Shown here piece by piece: positions 40,298-51,163 of a DNA stretch of 64,000 bases (the first letter of the stretch is position 1; each line of letters opens with the position of its first letter). The position numbers were made by a program, and so were the translations under genes. The stretch lies in sequence record NC_048668.1. One strand, given 5' to 3'. Below the pieces are notes generated by a model. It was not told where the DNA came from and ran no database searches. It saw nothing but the letters and a program-made list of their open reading frames with translations.

Positions 40298-42860
40298 ATG
40301 GTAGAGTTTAAGATCACTCGATACAGTCACTATTTCTCAGTGGCGGCGATAACTGCCAAGGCTCGCGGATTCCGTAGGTCTATAGCAGAGACGCTTATCG
40401 AGAGTAACCTAACCAAGAAACGTGGACGCTTTGTCCAAGAGCAAAAAAGGATCTATGCTCGTCGTGACTTGGAAAGAGAAGAAATTTGTTTCCATGATAA
40501 CCTCTGGGAAGAGTTCTATCAAAAGGCGATGTATGAGGGATTCAATGAAGACTCTTTTGAGATTGACGTTGTCCCGATGTACGAGCCTGTTAAGTTTGAG
40601 ATGTCAATAGATGCAACGCCATGGCCAGAGCAATTGCCTGTAATTGATTTCTGTCTTGCAGAAGGGAAACAGAAAGTCGTAACCGCCCAGCCTGGGTTCG
40701 GTAAAGCTCAATCCTTAGATGCGTCTATCAAAGTCCCTGGCGGTTGGAAACGAATGGGTGACATTTCAATTGGGGACAGAGTTATTAGTCGCGACGGTAC
40801 TGAATGTAACGTCACAGGTGTATTCCCGCAAGGGGTAACTGAATTATGGAGGGTACATTTTGCAGATGGCCGGTTCACAGACGTTAACCCGGATCACCTG
40901 TGGGAAATACGGATGCGGTCAAATGAAGGTTCTCAGGTAATAGATACTCGGGAAATAAAACGTCGTTTAGATCTTAACAATGATAGGTCTAAACGGATAA
41001 CTGTTCCGCTATGTGTTGCCGAGGAGGGCGTGGCTAAAGACTTCCTTATTGACCCTTATGTTCTAGGGGTTGCATTGGGTGACGGAAATATAACTGAGCG
41101 GGGAGTTTCGATATCTAAACCAGATAAGTTTATCCGTGAAAGGATTTCTGGTTTGTTACCTGAAGATCTGCGAGTATCTGAGATCCAAGTCGACTGAGGG
41201 TATGACATTCTCTATCGTTAGATCTAGTACATCCGGTCCGAATAACTCCATTGTTTCCGCTTTTAATCAGCTTGGTTTGGCTGGGAAGCGGTCTTGGGAG
41301 AAATTCATCCCGGAAGAATATCTGCACGGTTCAGCTGAACAAAGAAGGGAGTTACTTCGTGGGTTAATGGACACGGACGGGACGGTTGATGGTAAAACCA
41401 CCGCTACTTTTTCGAGTACGTCCTACGAATTAGCAAAAGGAGTTCAGTACCTAGTTCGCAGTCTAGGGGGAATCGCCAGTCTTTCCAGTAGGATTCCAAA
41501 GTTCACTTACAAAGGGGAAGTAAAGGAAGGTCGTAAGGACTATCGTCTGATTATACGGACTAAGACCCCGACTGACCTATTTGCGTTACCTCGTAAACTG
41601 AATCAGACCTGTGGCGAGAACCAATATCGTGAGCACTTAAGGTTGGGTATTACTGCAATTGAAGTTTTGCCCGATGCTCCTACTCAGTGCATCATGGTAG
41701 ATCATCCGGAACACTTGTACGTTACTGATGATTTTATCGTGACTCACAATACGATGATCTCCCTTTACGTTGCCGCCCAGATGGGTGTACGGTTCGCCGT
41801 CGTTACATTAGGTGGCTACGAAGACCGATGGGTTCCTGAGATGTATCGTCTCTTAGGATTTGAGCCTAGCGAAGTTCGGTCTTGTTGCGGTTGTACTAAA
41901 CTCTATAAGCTTCTACGTGAAGTTAAAGAGACTGGGATTCCTGATGTTAAAGCAATCTTCCTCTCCACTGCAACGTTGCGTGATTTCTTCAAGAATTACA
42001 AAAACGGTAAGGTGGTAGGTACGGGTTGCGAAGATATTGATCCCCGTGACATTTGGGAAGTACTGGGCGTTGGTCTAAGGATCACTGACGAAGCTCACAA
42101 AGACTTCCATGCAAACTTTATAGCTGATCTCTTTAGCCATGTTCCTAGGACTATTTATCTGACCGCTACGTTGTTCTCTAATCAGGACTTCATGAAGCGA
42201 ATGTACGAGATTTTACTACCTCGTAAGTTCCGGAAAGAAGGCGGTAAGTTGAATGTCTACGTTGAGACTGTTCGTGTTCTGTATCGTCTCAAAGACCCTA
42301 GTAAGGTTAGGTTCAATGGCGGACAAGGGAGTTATTCCCACACGGCTTATGAAGCGTGGATAATGAAAGATGCCGAAAGAGAAAAGAACTACATCGAAGC
42401 TATCTATAAGTACGCTTTGAATCAATGGGTTCTGAGTAAACTGGACGGCCACAAACTACTGATCTTTGCTGCTACGATAGAGCTTTGTCAGAAAATCAGG
42501 GACTTGTTACAACAACGACTACCTGACCTGATTATCAATAGTTATACGGCTGGGGATGATTATCAGATTCTTCTGGATTCTGACATCATCGTTTCTACAA
42601 TCGGTAAATCCGGTACTGCAGTAGATATTCCTGACTTGACTCAGGCTATCATGACCGTAGCTATCGATTCACCGAATGCTAACGTTCAGGCGTTGGGTCG
42701 TTTACGTGAACTGAAGGGTGACAAGAAGTTCCCTCAGATCTTCCATTACTTTGTCTGTATGGATATTCAGAAACAGATCGACTATGCCAAGAGTAAGGAA
42801 CGGCTGTTCAGCAATCGTGTAACGAAGGTTAGGACAGAACACTTACCTGGTGTCATTTGA
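40298..42860 (+). CDS. SF2 DEAD/H helicase (phiKZ gp75-like) containing an intein
   Basis: AQPGFGK|T Walker A, DEAH, LTAT, QALGRLR motifs. Confidence 0.88.
40706..41750 (+). mobile_element. intein with LAGLIDADG endonuclease, class-3-type; +1 frameshift near 41175
   Basis: starts Ala (AQSLDA), block B DHLW, block F QCIMV, ends VTHN|T; LGVALGDG and LRGLMDTDG motifs. Confidence 0.88.
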
Positions 42861-42912
42861 ATCATAGGCGGAGGGGAAACCCTCCGATCTATTTTGTTTT
42901 AGGAGAAATAAC

Positions 42913-43344
42913 ATGATCGATCGTATCAAACTTAAAATATTGGGTAGAGTGGGTTCTGGTAAGACTTCCGTATTGCAATTTATTAAGCATAAGCACGGAC
43001 TGGTCTCTAATGATCCTAATGTTAACGCTATTTCACTGGAGCGGGCATTGGGCGTTATGGATGAGATTAAACGAGGTTTGCTCAAAGAGATTAATGTTAA
43101 GATCGTGAGCAAGTCAGAACCTGTGTCCGGATTAAAGAATGGAGATATGGTATTGGTTATTGAAGGTAATTTGTCCCGTGCCATTAAATGCCAATTCATG
43201 CTGGATGTAATTATCCCAGCATTAACTAGTCAGGGAATTAAATTCTCCATTGCTAGCGATCTTTCTGCTCACGTAGATAATCCTGCTGTCTTCCCTCTCG
43301 ATAAAATCGATGTCTCCTACGAAGAATTATACCCAAGGAACTAA
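42913..43344 (+). CDS. small P-loop protein
   Basis: GRVGSGKT Walker A. Confidence 0.55.
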   Translation: MIDRIKLKILGRVGSGKTSVLQFIKHKHGLVSNDPNVNAISLERALGVMDEIKRGLLKEINVKIVSKSEPVSGLKNGDMVLVIEGNLSRAIKCQFMLDVIIPALTSQGIKFSIASDLSAHVDNPAVFPLDKIDVSYEELYPRN

Positions 43345-43345
43345 C

Positions 43346-43837
43346 ATGTTCGATTATGTTGAATGCAATGATGCTAACCAATTCTTTATTCTGGCTTCGG
43401 AAAACAGCTTACATCTCCCTCGTGGGATTATGATGCGTACCATCAGAAGTGCTGCCGATGAGCCTGATTATAGTTTCAAAGGTGTCTTAGTTTACGCTAA
43501 TGGTAAATGTTGTGCGCTCGGTTGTATTACCAGGAAGAAGCCAGAGGCTGCGTACAGTCTTATGCTTTACGTAAAGACCTGGTTACGCGGCATGGGTATC
43601 GGTTACGAATTAGTCCGGCAGTTAATCAAAGCGGCAGAAGGTCGTCGTGTATTCTGTTTTCCTTGGGATAGCAGAAGCGTTATCTTCTATCGTAAATGCG
43701 TCGATAAAGAAATCGTTACGTTAGATAACTTCCAGGCGTATGAACGAAGATTAGTTAGCGATGAAAGTCTTCAATGGACTTTAGGCTCGGGGGATAATAA
43801 TGGCAATCGTAAGGGTGTTGAAGTCCAACGTATTTGA
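43346..43837 (+). CDS. GNAT-family acetyltransferase
   Basis: [17 protein letters not shown] acetyl-CoA-binding motif A. Confidence 0.7.
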   Translation: MFDYVECNDANQFFILASENSLHLPRGIMMRTIRSAADEPDYSFKGVLVYANGKCCALGCITRKKPEAAYSLMLYVKTWLRGMGIGYELVRQLIKAAEGRRVFCFPWDSRSVIFYRKCVDKEIVTLDNFQAYERRLVSDESLQWTLGSGDNNGNRKGVEVQRI

Positions 43838-44255
43838 AAGTGATCGGGAGATCATCGGAGTTACAGTTAACTGCGTCGGTGTTGCCGGGGCGGGGAATGC
43901 TAAAGAATGGAAGGAGCGCTATCCTGAGCAATATGCCAGGTACAATGCGCTATGTCGTAAAGGTAAGTTTTTCCCTGGTAGTCTCTTGTTGATGCCAACT
44001 AACGACGGGTCTGGTAAAAAGATCCTCCTGATGGCGACCAAGAAACACTGGAAAGATAAATCTGAAATGGAGTGGGTGGCTCGTATATTCTCGGCGCTAG
44101 CGGCACGATGTGAGGAGTTTAACATCGACGAGCTGGCTATACCCTATCCCGGCTGCGGTCATGGTGGATTGAAACGTAGTGAGGTCTTCGATGTCATTCA
44201 CAAGGCTATGGAAGATACGCTCGTAGAAATCGATCTGCACGACTATCGTTCTTAA
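43800..44255 (+). CDS. macro domain protein (DarG-like macro subfamily)
   Basis: [28 protein letters not shown] motifs. Confidence 0.8.
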   Translation: MAIVRVLKSNVFESDREIIGVTVNCVGVAGAGNAKEWKERYPEQYARYNALCRKGKFFPGSLLLMPTNDGSGKKILLMATKKHWKDKSEMEWVARIFSALAARCEEFNIDELAIPYPGCGHGGLKRSEVFDVIHKAMEDTLVEIDLHDYRS

Positions 44256-44316
44256 ACAACAAACGAGTAGGGCAAACGCCCTACTCTATTCACAATCGCT
44301 TATAGGGCGTCTAATC

Positions 44317-45375
44317 ATGGGTTATTACTCAGTCCTTATCTTCTTTCCTGGTTTATTAATTATTCTGGGATCTAAGTATTTCTTTCCTCGTCAAATTACC
44401 AGGAAGGAGTTCATGGTTCAGCTGGGGTGCCTTGTTGTCTCGACTGCTATAGCGACTGCAGCATTGTCTGCCGGTCAGTTATACAAGACATCTGATTTCA
44501 ATATCCTAAACGGCGTAGTTACTGATAAGAAGCGGGTAGAAGTTTCATGCGAACATCAGTACCAGTGCGACGAAATATGCTCAGGTACCGGTAAAAATCG
44601 AAGCTGTACTCCAGTCTATTGCGATGAGCACGATAACGACTGGGATTACAACGTTTACACTACCGTCGGTAAGTTTGAAATAAAGCGACTGGATGATCAG
44701 GGGGCTCGTACACCGCCTCGTTGGTTAGCGGCTAAGATTGGCGAGCCTGCTGCCAAAGTAGAATCGGTCACCAACTATACGTTAATCGATGATGAGCGTT
44801 ATAAGGCTGAGGAAGCGAGTGAACTTAAGTACAAGGGTAAGTTACCTGATTATCCTAAGACTGAGGATTACTATCGCTATAATCGTATCGTAAATACCAC
44901 CCCGTTCTCGTTCGGTTATTTGAACAACTACCTCAATCGAATGCTGATTGAATACGGTGCGAAGAAACAACTGAACGTTATCCTGGTTATTACCGAAAAT
45001 GATCCTGACTACTGGAAGGCACTTCGTAGCCACTGGAAAGGGGTTCGGAAAAACGATGTTGTATTAGTTTACGGTATCGGGGATAATAATGAGATCAAAT
45101 GGTTCGAAGCAGAGACATTCGCTGACGGGGAAGGTAATCGTAGATTGATTATTGATCTGGAAGGGATGGCGCGGAACAATCGTTTGGGTTACGATCTTGT
45201 ACATCATCAGTTTGAACATATCGTTACCGAGTATGTCCGTAAACCGAACGCTGAGTTCGCGTATATGGCCAGTAATTACTCTCCGCCTATTTGGTGGATT
45301 GTTCTAATCATTTTCATCAACATGCTCGTCACTGGTGGCGTGGCTATATACTTCAAAGACAACAGAGTCTTTTAA
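44317..45375 (+). CDS. membrane protein with Cys-rich extracytoplasmic domain
   Basis: two N-terminal and one C-terminal TM segments. Confidence 0.7.
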   Translation: MGYYSVLIFFPGLLIILGSKYFFPRQITRKEFMVQLGCLVVSTAIATAALSAGQLYKTSDFNILNGVVTDKKRVEVSCEHQYQCDEICSGTGKNRSCTPVYCDEHDNDWDYNVYTTVGKFEIKRLDDQGARTPPRWLAAKIGEPAAKVESVTNYTLIDDERYKAEEASELKYKGKLPDYPKTEDYYRYNRIVNTTPFSFGYLNNYLNRMLIEYGAKKQLNVILVITENDPDYWKALRSHWKGVRKNDVVLVYGIGDNNEIKWFEAETFADGEGNRRLIIDLEGMARNNRLGYDLVHHQFEHIVTEYVRKPNAEFAYMASNYSPPIWWIVLIIFINMLVTGGVAIYFKDNRVF

Positions 45376-45392
45376 TTAAGGAATAAAATACC

Positions 45393-45975
45393 ATGGGCGT
45401 TTCTGCAGATAAAACCGCTTTCTCTTTCGCTAAAGCTTTAGTAGTAGCGATGTTACTTTCCGGTGCTGTGATTGTAGGGGTTACAGTCGCGTACGTATCC
45501 GCTTACAACGAAGGTAATAAGAGCGAAGAACAGATCAAGTATCTGAATACTGAATCAGAGAACCGTCTGAGCTCCTACACGAACTCTGTGCTGGAGCAAG
45601 CACAAATTCCAGAGAAGTACAAGGACAACTTGAAAGACGTCCTTAAAACGGCTCTGGAAGCTCGTTATGGCGATACCGGTAATAAGTCTACTATCTCCTT
45701 TATCCAGGAGCACCGCAGTTAACTTCGACAGCAAGATGTACGAAAACATTCAGGCGACTATCAAGTCTGGCCGTGAGGAGTTCCGTATCTCTCAAACTCG
45801 TAAGATTGAAACCTGCCGTAACTACCGGACTTCCCTGGGTTACTTCTGGAAAGGGACTTTCTTGAAGTTTGCCGGTTATCCGAAAGTTAACCTGGACGAT
45901 GTCTGCGCCCTGGTGAGCGATGAGCGCTCCATGGAAGCATTCAAAACCAAAAAGACATCACCAATCAAACTGTAA
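45393..45975 (+). CDS. membrane-anchored LemA-like coiled-coil protein; +1 frameshift near 45715
   Basis: N-terminal TM, SAYN; two ORFs join after one-base removal. Confidence 0.55.
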
Positions 45976-46041
45976 TAATAAAACCCTCAGAGAGCCGCTT
46001 ACGCTCTCTGAGGGCCTATAACGTTTAATAGAGGAAGTGTA

Positions 46042-46599
46042 ATGGAAACTCGTATGGTCTTTAGTAACCTTCGTCGTACTGCGGGTAAGTTGTTCCGCAA
46101 TGTAGGCTTTCGTGAGGAGGGTGCACAAACTAACCTCAACTCACTGAATACGGCTCAGTACGAAGTAGTGACTTTCTTGAATCAGTCACTTAATGCTGGC
46201 GTTAACAATATTATCAAAAGTATTGCCAGTGAGTCCACTGTAGAGGAAATGGCGCATTTATTCCGTCATGCCCATACGTTGGGTTTCCTCAAGTGTGACG
46301 TCGCCGTCCTGACCTGTAAGCGAGGTTTTCAGAAGGGGTCGTTCTACGTCTACCTTCATGAAGAAAGCCTGAGTAAGAAAGTTTACCTGGAATGGGTAAT
46401 TCACCAGGTAGGGCTGATGTGGGGAGTTAACCTTCCGATTAAGGTTGTAACCGATTGTCAGTACGTTAGTGACACTCGAGTTAACCCTAATGAACTAAAC
46501 GATCTTGATCACTTGAGTTTGTACTATCAACTCATCTCGTTCGGGGTAGATGTTTATCCTGGTAATGCGGGTAAAGAATCGGCATTTCTGATTAAGTAA
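46042..46599 (+). CDS. hypothetical protein
   Basis: SD GAGGA. Confidence 0.7.
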   Translation: METRMVFSNLRRTAGKLFRNVGFREEGAQTNLNSLNTAQYEVVTFLNQSLNAGVNNIIKSIASESTVEEMAHLFRHAHTLGFLKCDVAVLTCKRGFQKGSFYVYLHEESLSKKVYLEWVIHQVGLMWGVNLPIKVVTDCQYVSDTRVNPNELNDLDHLSLYYQLISFGVDVYPGNAGKESAFLIK

Positions 46600-46648
46600 T
46601 TAGTTAGCTCTCATTTTTTACGTACGTTTCAATTATGTGTCAGAACTT

Positions 46649-46732
46649 GGTCACGGCCCGGAGGGTCTGTGACTATTAGGGGTTTTAGAGTGAACTAGGA
46701 TGACCAAAGGGAAGACGAAGTGAGCTCCCTAA
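46649..46732 (+). ncRNA. repeated structured RNA element, copy 2
   Basis: GGTCACGGCCC-GGA-GGGTC(T)GTGACT; GAGT/GCTC stem. Confidence 0.6.
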
Positions 46733-46851
46733 ACGCGTGGATAATTAACCCCATTTAAACTAAATTGATATTCACTGGTAGATTAAGTTCTACTGGTGAT
46801 TATTGATCTATTTTGTAAAATTACCAATATACCTCCATTGGATCTTAGGTA

Positions 46852-46859
46852 TATATTAC
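46852..46859 (+). promoter_or_regulatory. early promoter TATATTAC
   Basis: exact motif, N5-TGA. Confidence 0.7.
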
Positions 46860-46879
46860 CAGATTGAATAGATTACTAC

Positions 46880-47443
46880 TTGGATAACAGGAGAAGTAAA
46901 TTGAAACACTTATCAATTACCGCTGGTTGGGGTAGCGTTAAGAACACTACGATCATCAGCTACGAAGATAACGATACTTTATCTCGTGGATTACTCCATA
47001 CGTTCATTAACGAAGCAGGTGGAAGTTTCTGCCTGGATCATCTGGAAGCTATCGCTAAAGTGGTACGCGGTATTGTTAGCGGTGAACTGCGCACAGATGA
47101 GGACATCGTTGTAGTCCCTTCTTATCTCACTGTTTCATACAGCCAAGAACGTTCAGTTTGGACCAGGGCCCGTTACCAGATTTTCTCAGGTGGCGAGTTA
47201 ATCTGGAAAGGGATTTTCGCATTAGATAGTAATGGCGACTTCGATACTGCATGGATGGTGCGCGCTTGGGTATCGAAAGCACTTATTCGCGTCGACCATA
47301 ATTTGATAGGCTATGCTGCTGACATCATGGAACGTGTCCGGAGTAGCGATAACCTCAAGAAAGAATTGGTAATAGAGCGCTTTGTCTTTGAAGGCAAAGA
47401 GATTATTGTCAACGTGTCTAAAAGCTACCAAGGAGCTAAGTAA
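46880..47443 (+). CDS. hypothetical protein (start may be TTG 46901)
   Basis: AGGAG precedes TTG at 46901. Confidence 0.6.
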   Translation: MDNRRSKLKHLSITAGWGSVKNTTIISYEDNDTLSRGLLHTFINEAGGSFCLDHLEAIAKVVRGIVSGELRTDEDIVVVPSYLTVSYSQERSVWTRARYQIFSGGELIWKGIFALDSNGDFDTAWMVRAWVSKALIRVDHNLIGYAADIMERVRSSDNLKKELVIERFVFEGKEIIVNVSKSYQGAK

Positions 47444-47703
47444 TGTCCAGAGAAAGTATCGTTAGTGTTACACTGAAATCCGAATACTGCGATGTTAGTG
47501 AGAAAGAGTTTTCTTACTACTGCGGCGAAGAGCGTTCTCTCATGTGCGTTGCTGATGAGATTGCTGAATGGATCGAAGAGTGTAGCGTAATGCTCTGCCC
47601 TGAGCCAGACGACATCCAAGAGGCGTTGGAAAACCTTTATCTCAACGGCTCGTCTAAAATGGATACACTGGATGAAACGGAAGTCTTGTTCCGGAAAGTT
47701 TAA
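47443..47703 (+). CDS. small acidic hypothetical protein
   Basis: SD AGGAG, TAATG coupling. Confidence 0.6.
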   Translation: MSRESIVSVTLKSEYCDVSEKEFSYYCGEERSLMCVADEIAEWIEECSVMLCPEPDDIQEALENLYLNGSSKMDTLDETEVLFRKV

Positions 47704-47714
47704 AGGAGCCTGTT

Positions 47715-48287
47715 GTGGAAAACAAAGAATACATTTTAACGGTTAAAGAAAACGTTATCCGTGTTAAGTTACCGGGCGAGACTACGAAAGAAGAGTTCGT
47801 TCGCAAAGTCTCCAAAGAAATCCGTAAACAACTCAGCCGCGTGGCAAGTAAAGTCATCGTGGAAGGGTTGACGTCCCAATTACCGGAATACCTGGGTAAG
47901 TATTATCAGGAAACCGAGCAGTACAATTACGCGATGCTCTCAGCGGCTTATAACCTGTCGCTGTACGTTATCCCTATCGATGATACTCAGGTAGAATTAA
48001 AACCGGTTATACGTTCTCTGGGAGCGTGTCGTGGGCACATTACGTACAAAGGTCAGAAGAGTCCGTTCATTCTCATGGAAGGAGATACTCTAGAAGAGGC
48101 GGTAACAAAAGTCCATCGTCGCTTGGCTACTAAAATCAAGGAAACTAATTTCCCTGAAGACCTGGAGTTAATCGAGTCAGGTCTAGCTAAAGATTCCATT
48201 ACGGAAATCCTGGGCTACTTTGCAAATGATGGTGAGCGCGGGTCAACTATCGAACATCCGTGTGGCATCGTTCTCTTTATCGAATAA
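47715..48287 (+). CDS. hypothetical protein
   Basis: SD AAGGAG, GTG start. Confidence 0.65.
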   Translation: MENKEYILTVKENVIRVKLPGETTKEEFVRKVSKEIRKQLSRVASKVIVEGLTSQLPEYLGKYYQETEQYNYAMLSAAYNLSLYVIPIDDTQVELKPVIRSLGACRGHITYKGQKSPFILMEGDTLEEAVTKVHRRLATKIKETNFPEDLELIESGLAKDSITEILGYFANDGERGSTIEHPCGIVLFIE

Positions 48288-48299
48288 TTACCTGGAGCA

Positions 48300-48587
48300 T
48301 TGAAAGTGAAAAAAGAAAAGATGGTTAAAGTAGAAATCGTAGTTAATGGTCAACATCGCCTTACTCGTATTTTTGACGTCGATAACCTTAACGCTGTGTC
48401 GGATGCCATTGCGGAAAACAAAGAAGTATTCTCCGGTGACGAATTCAAACAATTAACCGATAACTACATGGAAAGCGTCAAGTGGCGTATTCGCGATGGC
48501 TTTATCGGTGTAATTTGGACTCGGTACTTCACTGAACATTTCCGCCTGCGTATCCAAACCTACCGATCTGGAACTACAGCGCGTTAG
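48300..48587 (+). CDS. hypothetical protein
   Basis: SD GGAG. Confidence 0.55.
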   Translation: MKVKKEKMVKVEIVVNGQHRLTRIFDVDNLNAVSDAIAENKEVFSGDEFKQLTDNYMESVKWRIRDGFIGVIWTRYFTEHFRLRIQTYRSGTTAR

Positions 48588-48624
48588 CGTTTCTCTCCGA
48601 GCCCCTGGGAATCTATCGACTCGA

Positions 48625-49455
48625 TTGATCCGCACGATCTGCTATCGTGGTGAGATCAACGATATGTTCTCGCTGTTTAAAGTTAACTTACTTCGTAGAC
48701 TGTCTTTGACGGCCAGGGCGTTTTTGAGCTCACTTAAGTACGAAGACTGGAGCAAACTACGTTCTGGGGATAATGAGTTAGCCCTCATGGGGAGTGACTA
48801 CACGCTGGTAGTTACACCGGTAGGCCAACCTGCTGAGAAAATCGTTCAGATCTTCACGCCTGTGGAAATCAGAGAAATCATCGAGAGCCCGCAGGCAATT
48901 AAGAAGGATACTATCGATTTGCCTCCGGAATTACTTGAGGCGATCGGTACGGTTTCTGAGTTACATCGCCGTAAAGCTCAGAACGGTGGTCGTTGGGAAC
49001 TTCGGGAATTAGCTAACCCTGAATTACAATTGAAGGTATGTTCGGCCGCTGTTTCGCCAATCACGGATTGGGCCAGTAATACACTGCAATATCTCGTGTC
49101 CCCACGTCGGGTTGGTAAACATTCGGTGGAAGAGGTATTCAAAAAGCTATCGGCTCGGCACGAGGAACTTCAGGCACTATGTAAACGCGGCGAAGACATG
49201 AGTAAGGTCATCGTCTATCGTGGCTCCGCCGAGGCCAATGGTAAGAAGACCAACTTCGTTTTGACCTACGATATGGTCTACGGTAAACAAGAGGGGTTTA
49301 GCTGGGTCATCGACCGCGTAGCTCGCCAGATTAAACGTAACTTGGGCGAAAACATTTCTCCGCCTATCCTCTATCATGCGTTCCATATCACTAACTTGGG
49401 GCACTGGGTAGAATTAGTCCCTGGACTTAATATCCGCATTGAAGCTGTACTTTAA
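48625..49455 (+). CDS. hypothetical protein
   Basis: 276-aa ORF; start uncertain. Confidence 0.6.
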   Translation: MIRTICYRGEINDMFSLFKVNLLRRLSLTARAFLSSLKYEDWSKLRSGDNELALMGSDYTLVVTPVGQPAEKIVQIFTPVEIREIIESPQAIKKDTIDLPPELLEAIGTVSELHRRKAQNGGRWELRELANPELQLKVCSAAVSPITDWASNTLQYLVSPRRVGKHSVEEVFKKLSARHEELQALCKRGEDMSKVIVYRGSAEANGKKTNFVLTYDMVYGKQEGFSWVIDRVARQIKRNLGENISPPILYHAFHITNLGHWVELVPGLNIRIEAVL

Positions 49456-49519
49456 ACCCGTCATAGGCCCGTAGGATTAACCTACGGGCTACTATAATCT
49501 TTTTTAGAAGGAAAATAAA

Positions 49520-50113
49520 ATGAACTATCGTGGCAAAGTAAATGGCGATGAATACCTGGCATCTGTAGTTAAGTCTGTTCTGTTCTCTGGCTCGGTACCC
49601 GATGCAGATTCCCGCAGTGAACTCCATTGCGTTTCAGTTGCAATCCCTAAGTTCGATGTCATCAAAGAAGTTAAGTTCAACTTCGCTGGCGGGGCATCTT
49701 GCTTGGATGAATATCAATACCCCGTACGTGAGGTCTGTGAGACGCTACAGGCCATGGGTGTTAAAGGTGTCACTCTGGTAACCCAGAGACTTGTTCGTGC
49801 CTTAGAGGCCCGTCTGACGACGATTGTCCCAAACATGGATGACTTCTCCGTCAACCAGTATTGCGAATGGTTGAAAGTTACCATCCGTGAAAAGATTGCA
49901 TTGTGCTATCCGGATATGTTAGCCGTGTATGTCGAACCTAACTCTGATCTGTTCGTGGTAGATGAGTTAGAACAACCTTGTCCTACTGGTTCAGTCAATG
50001 TGGTTATGGCTGATATGGTTGGTTCAGTATTCGGTTGTGAATTGTATTCGTGTACTTACTTCACGGATGATGGTGTTATCAATCCGATATTCAAGTTTGT
50101 ACTTAAACAGTAA
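49520..50113 (+). CDS. hypothetical protein
   Basis: SD AAGGA. Confidence 0.7.
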   Translation: MNYRGKVNGDEYLASVVKSVLFSGSVPDADSRSELHCVSVAIPKFDVIKEVKFNFAGGASCLDEYQYPVREVCETLQAMGVKGVTLVTQRLVRALEARLTTIVPNMDDFSVNQYCEWLKVTIREKIALCYPDMLAVYVEPNSDLFVVDELEQPCPTGSVNVVMADMVGSVFGCELYSCTYFTDDGVINPIFKFVLKQ

Positions 50114-50168
50114 TAATCTCTCATTTTTTACGTCACTTCTCTTTAGTTTGTCAAAACAATACCACTCA

Positions 50169-50247
50169 GGTCACGGCCGTAGGCCTGTGACTAATAAGTA
50201 CCCGTATGACTGAAGAACGTAGTGATGAAAGGAATACATCTTGGGTA
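50169..50247 (+). ncRNA. repeated structured RNA element, copy 3
   Basis: GGTCACGGCC-GTA-GGCC(T)GTGACT; GTAT/ATAC stem. Confidence 0.6.
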
Positions 50248-50339
50248 AAAAGAGAGTTAAGTAAGGTTAAATTAACTCTATTGATAAAGAGTAATAATCA
50301 TGAATAATACTCATTTTAGTAATAACTGTAACTAATGGA

Positions 50340-50855
50340 ATGAACAGTTTAACAGATACATTACGAGTAGAGCTGGATAACTTTCCGGTAGCTCGTATCA
50401 AGGGATGGGTAAAGAGCATCAGTGAACGATATGGATTAGCTACTCTACCTACGCTGTACTACATGGACTGGGGGAAAGTGGTTGATGACATTAACGAAAA
50501 CCCTCATACCGTTCTCAATGTAGGAGGAGACAGCAGTATTACCTGGGAAGCGGGTAATACATGGCCAAAGGGTGTAAACTCTGATGGTACGTTATCGGCT
50601 GGACGTAACATTAAGTTCCATCCAACCACCTGGTCAGAAATCATGTTTGCTACCCATGATAACTTTTTAGAAGTAGAAGGTTTCATTCTGGTAGATAAAA
50701 CCGGGGCTGTTTATGAGTACGGTATCTTAAAGGAACGTAATTTCATTAACCTGGGTGGATTTGATTTCCTCTCTAGCGATTACAAAGCGTTTGCTTACCA
50801 TCGTAGAGAAGGCGTAGTCACCCTGATCGAACGCCATAGTCCACCAACCGCTTAA
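50340..50855 (+). CDS. hypothetical protein
   Basis: 171-aa ORF. Confidence 0.65.
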   Translation: MNSLTDTLRVELDNFPVARIKGWVKSISERYGLATLPTLYYMDWGKVVDDINENPHTVLNVGGDSSITWEAGNTWPKGVNSDGTLSAGRNIKFHPTTWSEIMFATHDNFLEVEGFILVDKTGAVYEYGILKERNFINLGGFDFLSSDYKAFAYHRREGVVTLIERHSPPTA

Positions 50856-50872
50856 TTAATTAGGAGCACGAC

Positions 50873-51163
50873 ATGATCGAAGTAACTTGTGATTCAGTAG
50901 CAGATAACTTATTCTCCGTAACGTTGAGTAAGCCATCTGAGGGCAGGTTTAATTCTAACTACTCTCGTAAAGTTTCTTTCCGTATCGATACGAAAGTATA
51001 CTCCATTCGCTTAGCGAGCATCTCTGCGGTTCACCAGGCTGCACGCAACGGCGGTGAAGGGGTGATTACTATCATCACCCAATCGGCGAAGTACACGTTC
51101 AACTACCGTAAGGGCGGCCAGGAAGCAATCAATGAGTTCTTGGCTGCATGGGAACAGATCTGA
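50873..51163 (+). CDS. hypothetical protein
   Basis: SD AGGAG. Confidence 0.65.
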   Translation: MIEVTCDSVADNLFSVTLSKPSEGRFNSNYSRKVSFRIDTKVYSIRLASISAVHQAARNGGEGVITIITQSAKYTFNYRKGGQEAINEFLAAWEQI

